Of a stretch of 64,000 bases of DNA, positions 40,473-53,368 are shown in pieces. Origin of the DNA: Eledone cirrhosa (Eukaryota); assembly GCA_964016885.1 (NCBI GenBank), contig OZ024742.1, forward strand, positions 267,034,001 through 267,098,000, read 5' to 3'. The translations under genes were made by a program, and so were the position numbers. The stretch's first letter is position 1. Each line of letters starts with the position of its first letter. The notes beneath the pieces were generated by a model that saw only the letters and a program-made list of their open reading frames with translations, searched no databases and was not told where the DNA came from.

Positions 40473-42690
40473 ACGATATTAAATAAATGGAAACTATATT
40501 TATAAAACCATATTTATTTCATTATATATATTTCAGGGATATCATATTAACAATATGCTATGCCTTCCTCAGACAAAATACAATATAAACAGTTTTATAG
40601 ATAAATAGATTTGACATACCGTACAACATCGACTTGTATTTGAAAAGTTGAATTGGCAGTGAAAAAATTGTACACAGAGAGAAAGAAAGAGAGAAAAAAA
40701 GGAAAGAAAGACAGAAAACGAAAAAGAAGAAAAAGAAGAAATGCATGGAACAAAATAGAGAGATGGAAAGATAGATAAAGAGAAGAACTTCATGTAAAGA
40801 AACAGAGATATATATATATATAGAGAGAGAGAGAGAGGAAATAGAGATAGATATATATATAGAAAACTAGGTAGTGGGACATCCGTTGAGTAAACGTATC
40901 AATGATACATTTATTTATTTATTTATTTATTTATTTAGCTCTAGTATTAATGTAAGGGAGATATATGTGGTTAGGAGAGAAACCAGCTGTTATATAGAGA
41001 GAAAAATTAAAATTAACCAGACATAGGCGAGGCATAAAAACCCTATGTTTTAATGTAGAGGTATTAGTATGTATAAAAACCAGCCACTATATTGTAAATA
41101 TCAGTATTCCTGAATGAGACATGTATCCATAATGTGTGAAAAGTAATGATCTTATGTTTAGTTTTTAAAAAAAAAAATTCATATGTTTATGTGATAACTA
41201 CAAACATCTATGTGAATTTACATGATCAACTCTGCAAACCCTAAGGTCACGGAAAACATTCTCATTGTGCTATAAAAATTTAAGTATACATATATATGTA
41301 TATATATACACACATATATATATAGAGTCTATATTACTACTATTCTTGTCTTTACTCTACAAGATTATCTATCAAGCAGAAATAGAGAGCAGATTTCAAT
41401 ATATTAATAAAAAAATATATATCAGAAACAAAAACCAAAAAAATAACAATAATAATAATAATAATAAATAATAATAAAATAAAATAGAAAACTAAAAAAT
41501 ATTACGAAAGAATATTACATATTAAAAATATTACATATTAAAAATAAAAATATTAGAAAATACTACAATAATAAAAATAGAAAAATAAACCACACAGATC
41601 AACCCTTCAAAATTAATTGACAATATATTGCCAAGTTCATTATAAGCATCAGAGTCGAAAAACAGATAAAGCTAAAAATTATTTATCAAATCGCATCTAG
41701 CAAGAATCATTTCAAAAAGTTTAGGATGCCCATTTGGTCTACATGTGTTCTTATATTTAATATAGAAGTTTATCTAGTGTAACGTTTATTCGAAATATTT
41801 GGAGCATCAACTTTTAGGGTAGTTTAATTTTTCATGAAGAATGTTTAAATAAAAATAAAAATAAAAAGAATAAAAAGAAGAAATCGAAAGATTTATCGGC
41901 TAGTTTCCCATATAATTATAAATCAAACTAAATATACTACATTTTAAATTTAAATTTATATTTAAAAGTTGAGTTTAATCTATGTTTGCAGCAACTGAAT
42001 AAATTTGTCCGTAGATTAAGGGAATTTTTAGATTTTAGTATAAAGAATATCTCCTCTGCGCAGGGTTTTTATGCCTCGCCTATGTCTGGTTACTTTTAAT
42101 TTTTCTCTCTATATAACAGCTGGTTTCTCTCCTAACCACATATATCTCCCTTACATTAATACTAGAGCTAAATAAATAAATAAATAAATAAATGTATCAT
42201 TGATACGTTTACTCAACGGATGTCCCACTACCTAGTTTTCTATATATATATCTATCTCTATTTCCTCTCTCTCTCTCTCTATATATATATCTCTGTTTCT
42301 TTACATGAAGTTCTTCTCTTTATCTATCTTTCCATCTCTCTATTTTGTTCCATGCATTTCTTCTTTTTCTTCTTTTTCATTTTCTGTCTTTCTTTCCTTT
42401 TTTTCTCTCTTTCTTTCTCTCTGTGTACAATTTTTTCACTGCCAATTCAACTTTTCAAATACAAGTCGATGTTGTACGGTATGTCAAATCTATTTATCTA
42501 TAAAACTGTTTATATTGTATTTTGTCTGAGGAAGGCATAGCATATTGTTAATATGATATCCCTGAAATATATATAATGAAATAAATATCGTTTTATAAAT
42601 ATAGTTTCCATTTATTTAATATCGTAAATATACTCCAAATACTTGTCGAGTGCTTTTATATCAGTTATAAATATTTACTAGTTGTAACCC
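40473..42690. mobile_element. Fold-back HHR module (arms 40473-41043 and 42062-42625, about 1-kb spacer, one-sided tail to about 42690)
   Basis: Near-identical inverted arms. HHR TTTGT-CTGAGGA-AGGCATAGCATATT gtt AATATGATATCCCT-GAAA-TATATA-TA-ATGAA at 42521-42580(+) and 40518-40577(-). Confidence 0.88.
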
Positions 42691-42696
42691 ACATAT

Positions 42697-42805
<109 letters not shown>

Positions 42806-42901
42806 TACACCTACATATACACAGACATATAGACACACACACACACACACATATATACACACACACAATCATACACATGCATATGTATAAATATACATAT
42901 A

Positions 42902-42992
<91 letters not shown>

Positions 42993-43070
42993 ATATATAT
43001 ACAAACATACATATACATACACAGACCTATACATAAAATACACATATATACAGACATATAACGCATATAT

Positions 43071-43104
<34 letters not shown>

Positions 43105-43108
<4 letters not shown>

Positions 43109-43691
43109 CGTTTCTGAATTTGTTTAGCAAGATTCTTTATCTGAAATCGTGTGTTGAAACCGATATTGTTATACTTTGGGAGGGTCATGTTGCCAATAAG
43201 AAACACACGCACCAGTTGCTTTCACTTCAACTTAATTTAATATATATTTATAAATTTACAAATTTATAAATTTCTGGTTGGTTGGTTGGTTGGTTCCACA
43301 ACCAGATAGTTGTTTATATATATATAATCATAGTTCTTTCGTCACACACTCTGTGACCTCTTCAGTGACTGGGGATTTCTTTCTTCGTTTCTGTGCCTTT
43401 CCTTTCTTCTATCCTACGCCATTTTGTTTGTCAAACAAAATGGCGTAGGATAGAAGAAAGGAAAGGCACAGAAACGAAGAAAGAAATCCCCAGTCACTGA
43501 AGAGGTCACAGAGTGTGTGACGAAAGAACTATGATTATATATATATAAACAACTATCTGGTTGTGGAACCAACCAACCAACCAACCAGAAATTTATAAAT
43601 TTGTAAATTTATAAATATATATTAAATTAAGTTGAAGTGAAAGCAACTGGTGCGTGTGTTTCTTATTGGCAACATGACCCTCCCAAAGTAT

Positions 43692-43700
<9 letters not shown>
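43105..43700. mobile_element. Fold-back made only of pLTRs of the 10.2-14.3 kb Penelope family
   Basis: Perfect palindrome centred near 43431 (cattttgtttg-t-caaacaaaatg). HHRs at 43327-43369(-) and 43493-43535(+). Same outer termini as the ORF-bearing copy. Confidence 0.92.
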
Positions 43701-43721
<21 letters not shown>

Positions 43722-43729
<8 letters not shown>

Positions 43730-44835
43730 AATAAATAACAAAGAACGCTTATAGCATATGCATATCTTTACTTGCTAACATTGTTTCATCCACACTATAA
43801 GTGGGACTCATCAGAGCATAAAGGTTAAATTACATACCATACAAGCAATAACAAATCCAAGACATTGAAGAATGAAAGGTAATAATAGACGATAGAGGAT
43901 AAGAATAAAAAGTAAATAAAAATAAAAATAAAAGTGAAAATAAAAATAAAAATAAAAATAAGGGGTGCTATCTGTCACAGTTGGGCGGTGTGCTGTCAAC
44001 ATATAGTTACATACAATCATACACATGGATAAGAGAACAGACAAGAGTAGACACATGGATAAGAGAACAGACAAGAGTAGATAAGATAATGGGATTAGGT
44101 AAGAGTAGGTAAAAAATAGGTAAAAAATAGGTAAAAAACAGACTTATAATATATATAAAAAGAAATACAAAGAAATACATAACAAACTTACATATAAAAT
44201 ATAAAATATAGGGTAAGGAATGAGATAAAATAATATACAATTAAAAATTAAAAATTATATACATAGAACATAATATAGTATAATCGTAAAATAAGATAAA
44301 ATAAGGTAATCTATATTATAAGTCTGTTTTTTACCTATTTTTTACCTATTTTTTACCTACTCTTACCTAATCCCATTATCTTATCTACTCTTGTCTGTTC
44401 TCTTATCCATGTGTCTACTCTTGTCTGTTCTCTTATCCATGTGTATGCTTGTATGTAACTATATGTTGACAGCACACCGCCCAACTGTGACAGATAGCAC
44501 CCCTTATTTTTATTTTTATTTTTATTTTCACTTTTATTTTTATTTTTATTTACTTTTTATTCTTATCCTCTATCGTCTATTATTACCTTTCATTCTTCAA
44601 TGTCTTGGATTTGTTATTGCTTGTATGGTATGTAATTTAACCTTTATGCTCTGATGAGTCCCACTTATAGTGTGGATGAAACAATGTTAGCAAGTAAAGA
44701 TATGCATATGCTATAAGCGTTCTTTGTTATTTATTTATTATATTACGGCTCTGTCCTCAGACATTGAGCTAACCTCATACTGCCTGCTGGATAAGTGGAG
44801 TGTTATACACCCCTGATCCTTTCCCTAGCATACTA
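43722..44835. mobile_element. Fold-back HHR module (arms 43722-44153 and 44312-44743, tail to about 44835)
   Basis: HHR TGCT-CTGATGA-GTCCCAC ttata GTGTGGAT-GAAA-CAATG-TT-AGCA at 44647-44692(+) and 43773-43818(-). Confidence 0.88.
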
Positions 44836-44981
44836 TATATATATATATATACACACGCATACACACATACACACACACACACACAAATATATATATACAC
44901 ACTCTCTCTCACGCACATATATATATATATATATATACATACACATACACACACACATATACATATATATATATATATACA

Positions 44982-45014
<33 letters not shown>

Positions 45015-45145
45015 CATATACATACACATATATACATATACATACATACACACACATACATACATATATACACACCTACACATATATATACACACCTGCC
45101 TACACACACATATATATATATATACATATATATATACACACACAC

Positions 45146-45222
<77 letters not shown>

Positions 45223-45241
45223 TACACACACATACACACAT

Positions 45242-45316
<75 letters not shown>

Positions 45317-45380
45317 TATACACACATACATACATACACAAACATATATATATATAAGTGTGTGTGTGTGTGTATATATA

Positions 45381-45413
<33 letters not shown>

Positions 45414-45438
45414 GTATGTGTGTGTATATGTATGTGTC

Positions 45439-45470
<32 letters not shown>

Positions 45471-45620
45471 TATATATATATATATATATATGTGTGTATA
45501 TATGTGTATATGTATGTCTGTATATGTGTTTGTATGTATATGTATATATATATGTATATATGTGTGTGTATCTTTATATATATATATATATATTTATGTA
45601 TATGTTTATATATATGTATA

Positions 45621-45665
<45 letters not shown>

Positions 45666-45692
45666 GTGTGTATATGTATGTGTGTGTGTGTA

Positions 45693-45731
<39 letters not shown>

Positions 45732-45744
45732 GTATGTATATATG

Positions 45745-45777
<33 letters not shown>

Positions 45778-46012
45778 GTATATGTGTATGTATATATATG
45801 TATATATACGTGTGTGTGTATATGTGTGTATGTATTTGTGTATATATGTTTGTATGTATATGTGTGTGTGTATATGCGTGTGTACATGTGTGTGTGTGTG
45901 TGTGTATATGTATATATGTGTGTGTATGTGTATGTGTATGTATATATATGTGTGTATATGTGTATATGTATATATATATATGTATATATATATGTATGTA
46001 TATGTATATGTG

Positions 46013-46051
<39 letters not shown>

Positions 46052-46357
46052 TTGTACGTATTCTCTATATATATATGTATATGTATGTATACATACATAT
46101 ACATGTTTTCGAACTTGTGAGTACATTTTCCTTTAACTACAAATTATTATTATATACTTTCGTCTTTTCATTAACTTAATTAATTTCAAATAACCAGAAT
46201 ATACATATATATATATATATACTCATATTTATATATATACTCTTCTCACTCACACACAAGAAAAACAAAAAACAAAAATAAATAAAAAATAAATTAAAAA
46301 AAAATATATATATATATTGAAATACTTAACTAAAACACACACACACTCAAAACTAGA

Positions 46358-47500
46358 ATGGCTAACCAGCAAAAATCCAAACAGAACTGGTCTGATAATG
46401 AAATCGACATTCTAATAAACACATGGCATTGCCTTACCCAAACAGAAGACATACATGCTTCATCTCTGAACGACATTGCTAAACGTACAGTTCAATTTTT
46501 GAAAACTCGATCTGAACAACAGATTCAAAATAAATTAAAGCAAATCGAAATTGTTTTTAAATTAATCAATAAACATTTGGATAAACTACGGTGTGTTTTT
46601 TCTTCGAATACTGTCCAGCAACAACAACAACAGCAGCTACAATGACAACAACAACAACAGCTACAACAACAACATCAACAACAGCAACAACAACAACAAC
46701 GACAACAACAGTGTGAACCACTCCTTGATTCATCAACAATGGCCGATCTACTAAATGAAACTATTGACCCCCCAGTAGCCTCTGTCTCACAGCATGAAAC
46801 GCCACATCCTTTCTCTGGCCCAGCAGTCCAATCATCACCACTGCCAACATCTCTGCCTACTACTACTACTACTACAACATTTTTGTCTACTGCTATGTCA
46901 AGGAATTTACCTTCTAATACCAGAACAAGAACTCTCCCTCCCACAGTCCACAAAGGTCGTCAAATCCTACCCAAACCATCATCTACACCTCTAACAACAC
47001 ACACACCCACATACCCACCCACTCGAAACCCCATCATTTGCCGCTACTCTCTACGCTATAGAATATGTACGGATAGTGGCTGCAAATTCACCCATTTACC
47101 TAGGACAAAACGATCTATCCCCACAAACAGCCACCACCATAATACATACTCTAATTTAACACCAACACAACCACCAATAACTCAAACAAGGAATCCACAA
47201 ATCTGCCGTTTTTCCCTGCGAGACAGATTGTGTTTAGACCGGGATTGTCCCTTTACCCATCTCCCGGGGACCCGCCGGACAAATGAAAATAAAATTAAAA
47301 ATAAAAGCAAAAACAAAAACCATAACCTACATAAAAATAACCACTACCACAGTCACCAACAGTCTTCTAAACAGGAAACTTCTTCCTCTTTTTTAGCCAT
47401 AATGAATCTGGCAAAAGAACTGGAAAAAAACATTCGAGCTATCACCCAGCACCACCCTCCACTATCACCCCACTGCACAAACTCCCATTGCTGCCATTAA
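46358..47500 (+). pseudogene. LINE ORF1: Myb/SANT-like N-terminus, polyQ, P/T-rich linker and two CCCH zinc fingers, with one premature TGA
   Basis: 46358-46645 and 46739-47500 are in the same frame, separated only by TGA at 46643 within a CAA run. Motifs are WSDNEIDILINTW..RSEQQIQNKL, CRYSLRYRICTDSGCKFTH and CRFSLRDRLCLDRDCPFTH. Confidence 0.75.
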
Positions 47501-50500
47501 CAAACAAACAAATTAACAACACACCAAAACAATTAAAACCATCCACTCTCGCCTCTACATTTTTGCTTAACGCCCAAGGCATCAGCCCTTCCACCAATAC
47601 TCAAAAATGGAAGATCAAATTCCTGGAGGACTGGATTGATGTCCATCCAAACCACATCCCTTTCTTCGTCCTCACTGAAACCCATCTCAGTAACCTCCAC
47701 TTGGAAGCCGAGGTGAAAGTGAAAAATTTCAAAGCCATCCGTGCTGATCGCGCTGGCAGAAGAAAGGGCGGAACTGCCATTTATGTCCATAATTCTTTCT
47801 CAACAGAGTCTATGAACATATTCACTGATGGATACTGTGAAGCAGTCACTGTATTCAGTCAAACCAACAACCTATTAGTAGTTGGGCTCTATAGGCCACC
47901 CCAAACGCCTGTACCATGCTTCAAGGAATGCCTCAACAGCATAAAGTGTTTCATCCAAGAGTGTCACCCTGACAACATCTTAATGATGGGGGACTTCAAC
48001 CTCCCCGGAGTTGACTGGTCCACAAACAGCCTGCCACCAGGTTCTTCTGCCTCAACCTCTGACAGGGAAGCTGTGGAATCGCTTCTTGACTTCATGGATG
48101 ATTTCTTCCTATCCCAACTGGTGCTCGAACCAACGAGGTGCCACAAAAACGTCCTAGACTTAATTTTCAGCAATCACACTGACAATATCCACAATATTGC
48201 AGTGGAGAAAACTCTACTCTCTGATCATGACATGGTTCTCTGTGATCTGAGATTCCACCGTCCAATATACAAACCCAATGTCATCTCTCCTGTCCATCCG
48301 TTTGACGCTATGGATTTCCACAATGCAAACTGGGAAGCGATCAGTCATGATCTTGCACATGTCGACTGGTCCTTCACGCACACTCATACACCCACTAACA
48401 TCAAAAAGTCCTGGCAGACATTTGTGGACACTGTTACAAACATATGTGCTAAACACACCCCATTAAGAACTATAAACAAATCTAAGAGCAGAATCCCTAG
48501 AAATAGAAAAACGCTCATCAGAAAAATTAAGAGAACGAACAAAAAAATCAACAAGCTGAAATACTGTCAGCAGCAACGCATCAACTTGACTGCCATTTCA
48601 TCACTAGAGATTAAAAAACATAACCTCCAAAACAACATAATGTCCCTCATCAACAATCAGAGAAGAGCTGAAGAGGCCTGGGCCATTGAGAAGATCAAAC
48701 TCAATCCCAAAGTGTTATTTTCATTTGCAAAAAAACACAAAATCACTGGCTCTACTGTTGGCCCTCTAATTGATGAAAATGGCACTCTTCAAGACAATGC
48801 TAAAACCATGGGTGAGATACTGCAGAAACAATACTGCTCTGTTTTCAGCAATCCTGATATGGCCAATCTGGGCTGTATCGGCGATGTTACTCCCCATTAC
48901 ACCTTATCGGACATAACGTTTGGCGCCCCTGATGTCTTGGCGGCAATAAAGGAAATCAAGCATAATTCAGCAGTAGGTCCCGATAGGTTCCCTGCTTGTG
49001 TCTTGAAGGCGTGTCAACACCAACTTGCATCTCCTCTTGCCAATCTGTGGCGGAACTCGCTGGATGCTGGATATGTGCCAGAAAACCTTCTATCCCAGTC
49101 TGTTGTCCCAGTTTTCAAAAAGGGAAACAAATCCCTTGCCGTGAATTACCGTCCAATCTCACTCACCTCTCATATCATTAAGGTATTTGAGAGAGTGGTG
49201 AGATCGCGAATGACCCACTTCCTTGAAAGTAACAATATGCTGAACTCCAACCAGCATGGATTCCGTAATGGAAGGGATTGCCTGACGCAGCTACTGCATC
49301 ACTTTGATGACATTTTGAGAGCCTTGGGAGAGGGTTCCAACACTGATGTTATCTACCTTGATTTCAGCAAGGCCTTTGACAGGGTTGATCATAACATTCT
49401 ACTGAGAAAGCTGTCCAATATTGGTGTCACTGGAAAGCTGCTGCAGTGGATCAAGAGCTTCCTGTCAAACAGAACTCAACATGTTGTAGTTGAGGGAGTC
49501 AAATCAAGCCCAGCCAAAGTCAGTAGTGGGGTCCCACAAGGCACTGTGTTGGGCCCACTTCTCTTCATCATCTATATTAATGACATCACTGACATCATCA
49601 AACACAGCAACATTAAAATTTTCGCTGATGATTCCAAGCTCCAAAAGGTCATCAATGGCGTGGATGACCGGATAAGCCTTCAGTCAGACCTACTGGCTGT
49701 TACCCAATGGGCAGAAAAGAACAACATGCTACTGAACGAAGACAAATTCGAACTGATCCACTTTGGAAAAGAGGATGCTCTGAAACTCCCGTACTCCCTT
49801 CCCTCCGGGGAAACTCTCGTGGCATCTAACAACATCAGAGACTTGGGAGTAACCGTGGACAGCAACATAAGCTGGACCACGCATATAAGCAGCAAAGTTG
49901 ACATGGCCCGCAGAATGTGTTCCTGGATCCTCAGAACCTTCCAGTCGAGAGATTCCCGCACCATTATCCTTCTCTTCTCTACTTTTGCCCGACCACACCT
50001 TGAATACTGTTGTCCACTGTGGTCTCCCCACACGAAACAAAGTATCATGAAACTTAAAGCTCCTCAAAGGGCAATCACGAAAAAGATAGATGGCATGTCA
50101 GACCTTGACTACTGGGGTCGATTAGAAAACCTGAAACTTTACTCACTCCAACGTCGCCGTGAGCGTTATATTATCTGCATGATGTGGAAAATGTTCCATC
50201 ATCACTGCCCAAATGATGTTGGCATCGCCTTCAAGATACACCCAAGGCTTGGGCCCCGTGCTATCCGTCCCATTCAAAAATCTAAATCGCAACTCATAAC
50301 AACAATACGGCACAATTATTTCACCTCAATCGGCCCTGCTCTCTTCAACATCACACCAGGACACGTCAAAACAGAAACTGACCACACAAAATTCAAGAAG
50401 TCTTTGGACAAATTCCTCCAAGTAATCCCGGACAAACCACCCACACCCGGATATGTCTCCGCAAACAGTAATTCTCTTCTCGAATGGGCCATGGTGCCCA

Positions 50501-50508
50501 AATCCTGA
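47371..50508 (+). CDS. LINE ORF2 (APE endonuclease + reverse transcriptase), intact reading frame
   Basis: LTETHL, GGTAIY, MGDFN, LDLIF, SDH, NYRPISLT, QHGF, DFSKAFDRVDH, GVPQGTVLGPLLF, FADD and LEYC..WSPH. The frame opens after the TAA at 47368, and the first ATG (47812) lies inside the APE domain. Confidence 0.93.
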   Translation, partial: TGNFFLFFSHNESGKRTGKKHSSYHPAPPSTITPLHKLPLLPLTNKQINNTPKQLKPSTLASTFLLNAQGISPSTNTQKWKIKFLEDWIDVHPNHIPFFVLTETHLSNLHLEAEVKVKNFKAIRADRAGRRKGGTAIYVHNSFSTESMNIFTDGYCEAVTVFSQTNNLLVVGLYRPPQTPVPCFKECLNSIKCFIQECHPDNILMMGDFNLPGVDWSTNSLPPGSSASTSDREAVESLLDFMDDFFLSQLVLEPTRCHKNVLDLIFSNHTDNIHNIAVEKTLLSDHDMVLCDLRFHRPIYKPNVISPVHPFDAMDFHNANWEAISHDLAHVDWSFTHTHTPTNIKKSWQTFVDTVTNICAKHTPLRTINKSKSRIPRNRKTLIRKIKRTNKKINKLKYCQQQRINLTAISSLEIKKHNLQNNIMSLINNQRRAEEAWAIEKIKLNPKVLFSFAKKHKITGSTVGPLIDENGTLQDNAKTMGEILQKQYCSVFSNPDMANLGCIGDVTPHYTLSDITFGAPDVLAAIKEIKHNSAVGPDRFPACVLKACQHQLASPLANLWRNSLDAGYVPENLLSQSVVPVFKKGNKSLAVNYRPISLTSHIIKVFERVVRSRMTHFLESNNMLNSNQHGFRNGRDCLTQLLHHFDDILRALGEGSNTDVIYLDFSKAFDRVDHNILLRKLSNIGVTGKLLQWIKSFLSNRTQHVVVEGVKSSPAKVSSGVPQGTVLGPLLFIIYINDITDIIKHSNIKIFADDSKLQKVINGVDDRISLQSDLLAVTQWAEKNNMLLNEDKFELIHFGKEDALKLPYSLPSGETLVASNNIRDLGVTVDSNISWTTHISSKVDMARRMCSWILRTFQSRDSRTIILLFSTFARPHLEYCCPLWSPHTKQSIMKLKAPQRAITKKIDGMSDLDYWGRLENLKLYSLQRRRERYIICMMWKMFHHHCPNDVGIAFKIHPRLGPRAIRPIQKSKSQLITTIRHNYFTSIGPALFNITPGHVKTETDHTKFKKSLDKFLQVIPDKPPTPGYVSANSNSLLEWAMVPKS

Positions 50509-50641
50509 ATTGAAAGACTTCGCCAGGTGGTGCTATTAAGTTAGACATGGCCTGGGCCAATACTGGCCAAAACATTTCAAAGTTATTCAAAGTTATTCAA
50601 AGTTATATGTATGTATATATATATGTATATATATATGTATA

Positions 50642-50706
<65 letters not shown>

Positions 50707-50751
50707 TTGTACGTATGGTGATTTTTCTTTATATATGTGTATATGTGTGTG

Positions 50752-50798
<47 letters not shown>

Positions 50799-50867
50799 GT
50801 GTGTGTGTGTATGTATATGTATATATTTGTTTATGTATGTATGTGTGTATATATATTTATATATATT

Positions 50868-50904
<37 letters not shown>

Positions 50905-50994
50905 TTGTGTGTATGTGTATGTATATGTGTATATGTGTGTGTAGGTGTATTGTGTATATAAATATATATATATATGTATATGTATATGTATGTG

Positions 50995-51043
<49 letters not shown>

Positions 51044-51143
51044 ATGTGTGTGTATATGTGTATATGTGTGTGTAGGTATATTGTGTATATATATATGTAT
51101 GTGTATGTGTATGTGTATGTGTATGTATATGTGTGTATATATA

Positions 51144-51188
<45 letters not shown>

Positions 51189-51303
51189 ATCTGCATATAT
51201 GTGTATACATGTGTATATATGTATATATCTATGTGTATTTATGTGTTTTTGTATACACATGTATATTTGTGTTTGTATGTGTATGTGTGTGAGTGTATTT
51301 ATA

Positions 51304-51343
<40 letters not shown>

Positions 51344-51387
51344 TATGTGTGTGTATGTATATGTGTGTGTATATGTAGGTGTATGTA

Positions 51388-52231
<844 letters not shown>

Positions 52232-52235
<4 letters not shown>

Positions 52236-52705
52236 ACAAACATAGAATATTCGAAAATATTCTGTATGTTTATAATAAACATTTTGAAGACCCAATCGCT
52301 ATAGAATAGAATACGTCACGTATTACAATTTGAGATTCTCGATAAAAGCAAGGGAAGTAATCTACGCGTTTCATTCTTATTAGAAATCATCAGGATTACA
52401 TATCCAGTGCTTTTATCGAGAACGACACAGCTAGAGACTTATAGAATACTTAGCTGTGTACAGGAACTGGTTTGAAAGAGCGGTAGCCGGTCCGGCAGAA
52501 ATTAGAATTTGGATTTAATGCTCTAAAATAGCGATATATATGTGAAGACAAACATAGAATATTCGAAAATATTCTGTATGTTTATAATAAACATTTTGAA
52601 GACCCAATCGCTATAGAATAGAATACGTCACGTATTACAATTTGAGATTCTCGATAAAAGCAAGGGAAGTAATCTACGCGTTTCATTCTTATTAGAAATC
52701 ATCAG
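52232..52705 (-). mobile_element. ORF-less partial-tandem HHR element, period 312 bp
   Basis: Direct repeats at 52233-52393 and 52545-52705. HHR reverse complement GTAATC-CTGATGA-TTTCT aata AGAAT-GAAA-CGCG-TA-GATTAC at 52357-52399. Confidence 0.88.
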
Positions 52706-52708
52706 ATT

Positions 52709-53368
52709 TAGAGTATAGATGTTTGGTATTCCAGAAGAAGTATTTTAACAGAAGTTTCATTTGTTCCTAAAACAATAACAAAAAAACTTACAATATTATT
52801 TAACTAGCATTCAAAGAATAGCCACATGGATGAAACTATGAATATAATGCGTTCTGGTATCTCTAGATGAATAAAGAGAAAATTCCAAACATTTATATCA
52901 GTAAATATTTATTCTCTCGATGTATCTTTCAAATGTTACAATATATATATAGTATATAGTATATATATATATATACATACGACTGTACGTCTGTATACAT
53001 ATATGTATGTACGTATACATACTTATATATATAAATATATATATATATATATAAGTATGTATACGTACATACATATATGTATACAGACGTACAGTCGTAT
53101 GTATATATATATATATACTATATACTATATATATATTGTAACATTTGAAAGATACCTCGAGAGAATAAATATTTACTGATATAAATGTTTGGAATTTTCT
53201 CTTTATTCATCTAGAGATACCAGAACGCATTATATTCATAGTTTCATCCATGTGGCTATTCTTTGAATGCTAGTTAAATAATATTGTAAGTTTTTTTGTT
53301 ATTGTTTTAGGAACAAATGAAACTTCTGTTAAAATACTTCTTCTGGAATACCAAACATCTATACTCTA
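52709..53368. repeat. Near-perfect 660-bp palindrome centred on (TA)n
   Basis: tagagtatagatgtttgg... mirrored by ...ccaaacatctatactcta, with one visible mismatch. Confidence 0.92.

Larger units (their letters stand above)
46091..50603 (+). mobile_element. Full-length CR1/L2-group LINE with (TTCAAAGTTA)3 tail
   Basis: Two ORFs and a short tandem 3' repeat at about 50576-50605. The empty site is visible in the opposite arm at about 40030-40095. Confidence 0.9.

Noticed and set aside
46643-46645. In-frame TGA as possible selenocysteine or readthrough
   Set aside because: It lies in a CAA/CGA tract, so a CpG transition is the simpler explanation. No SECIS was identified.
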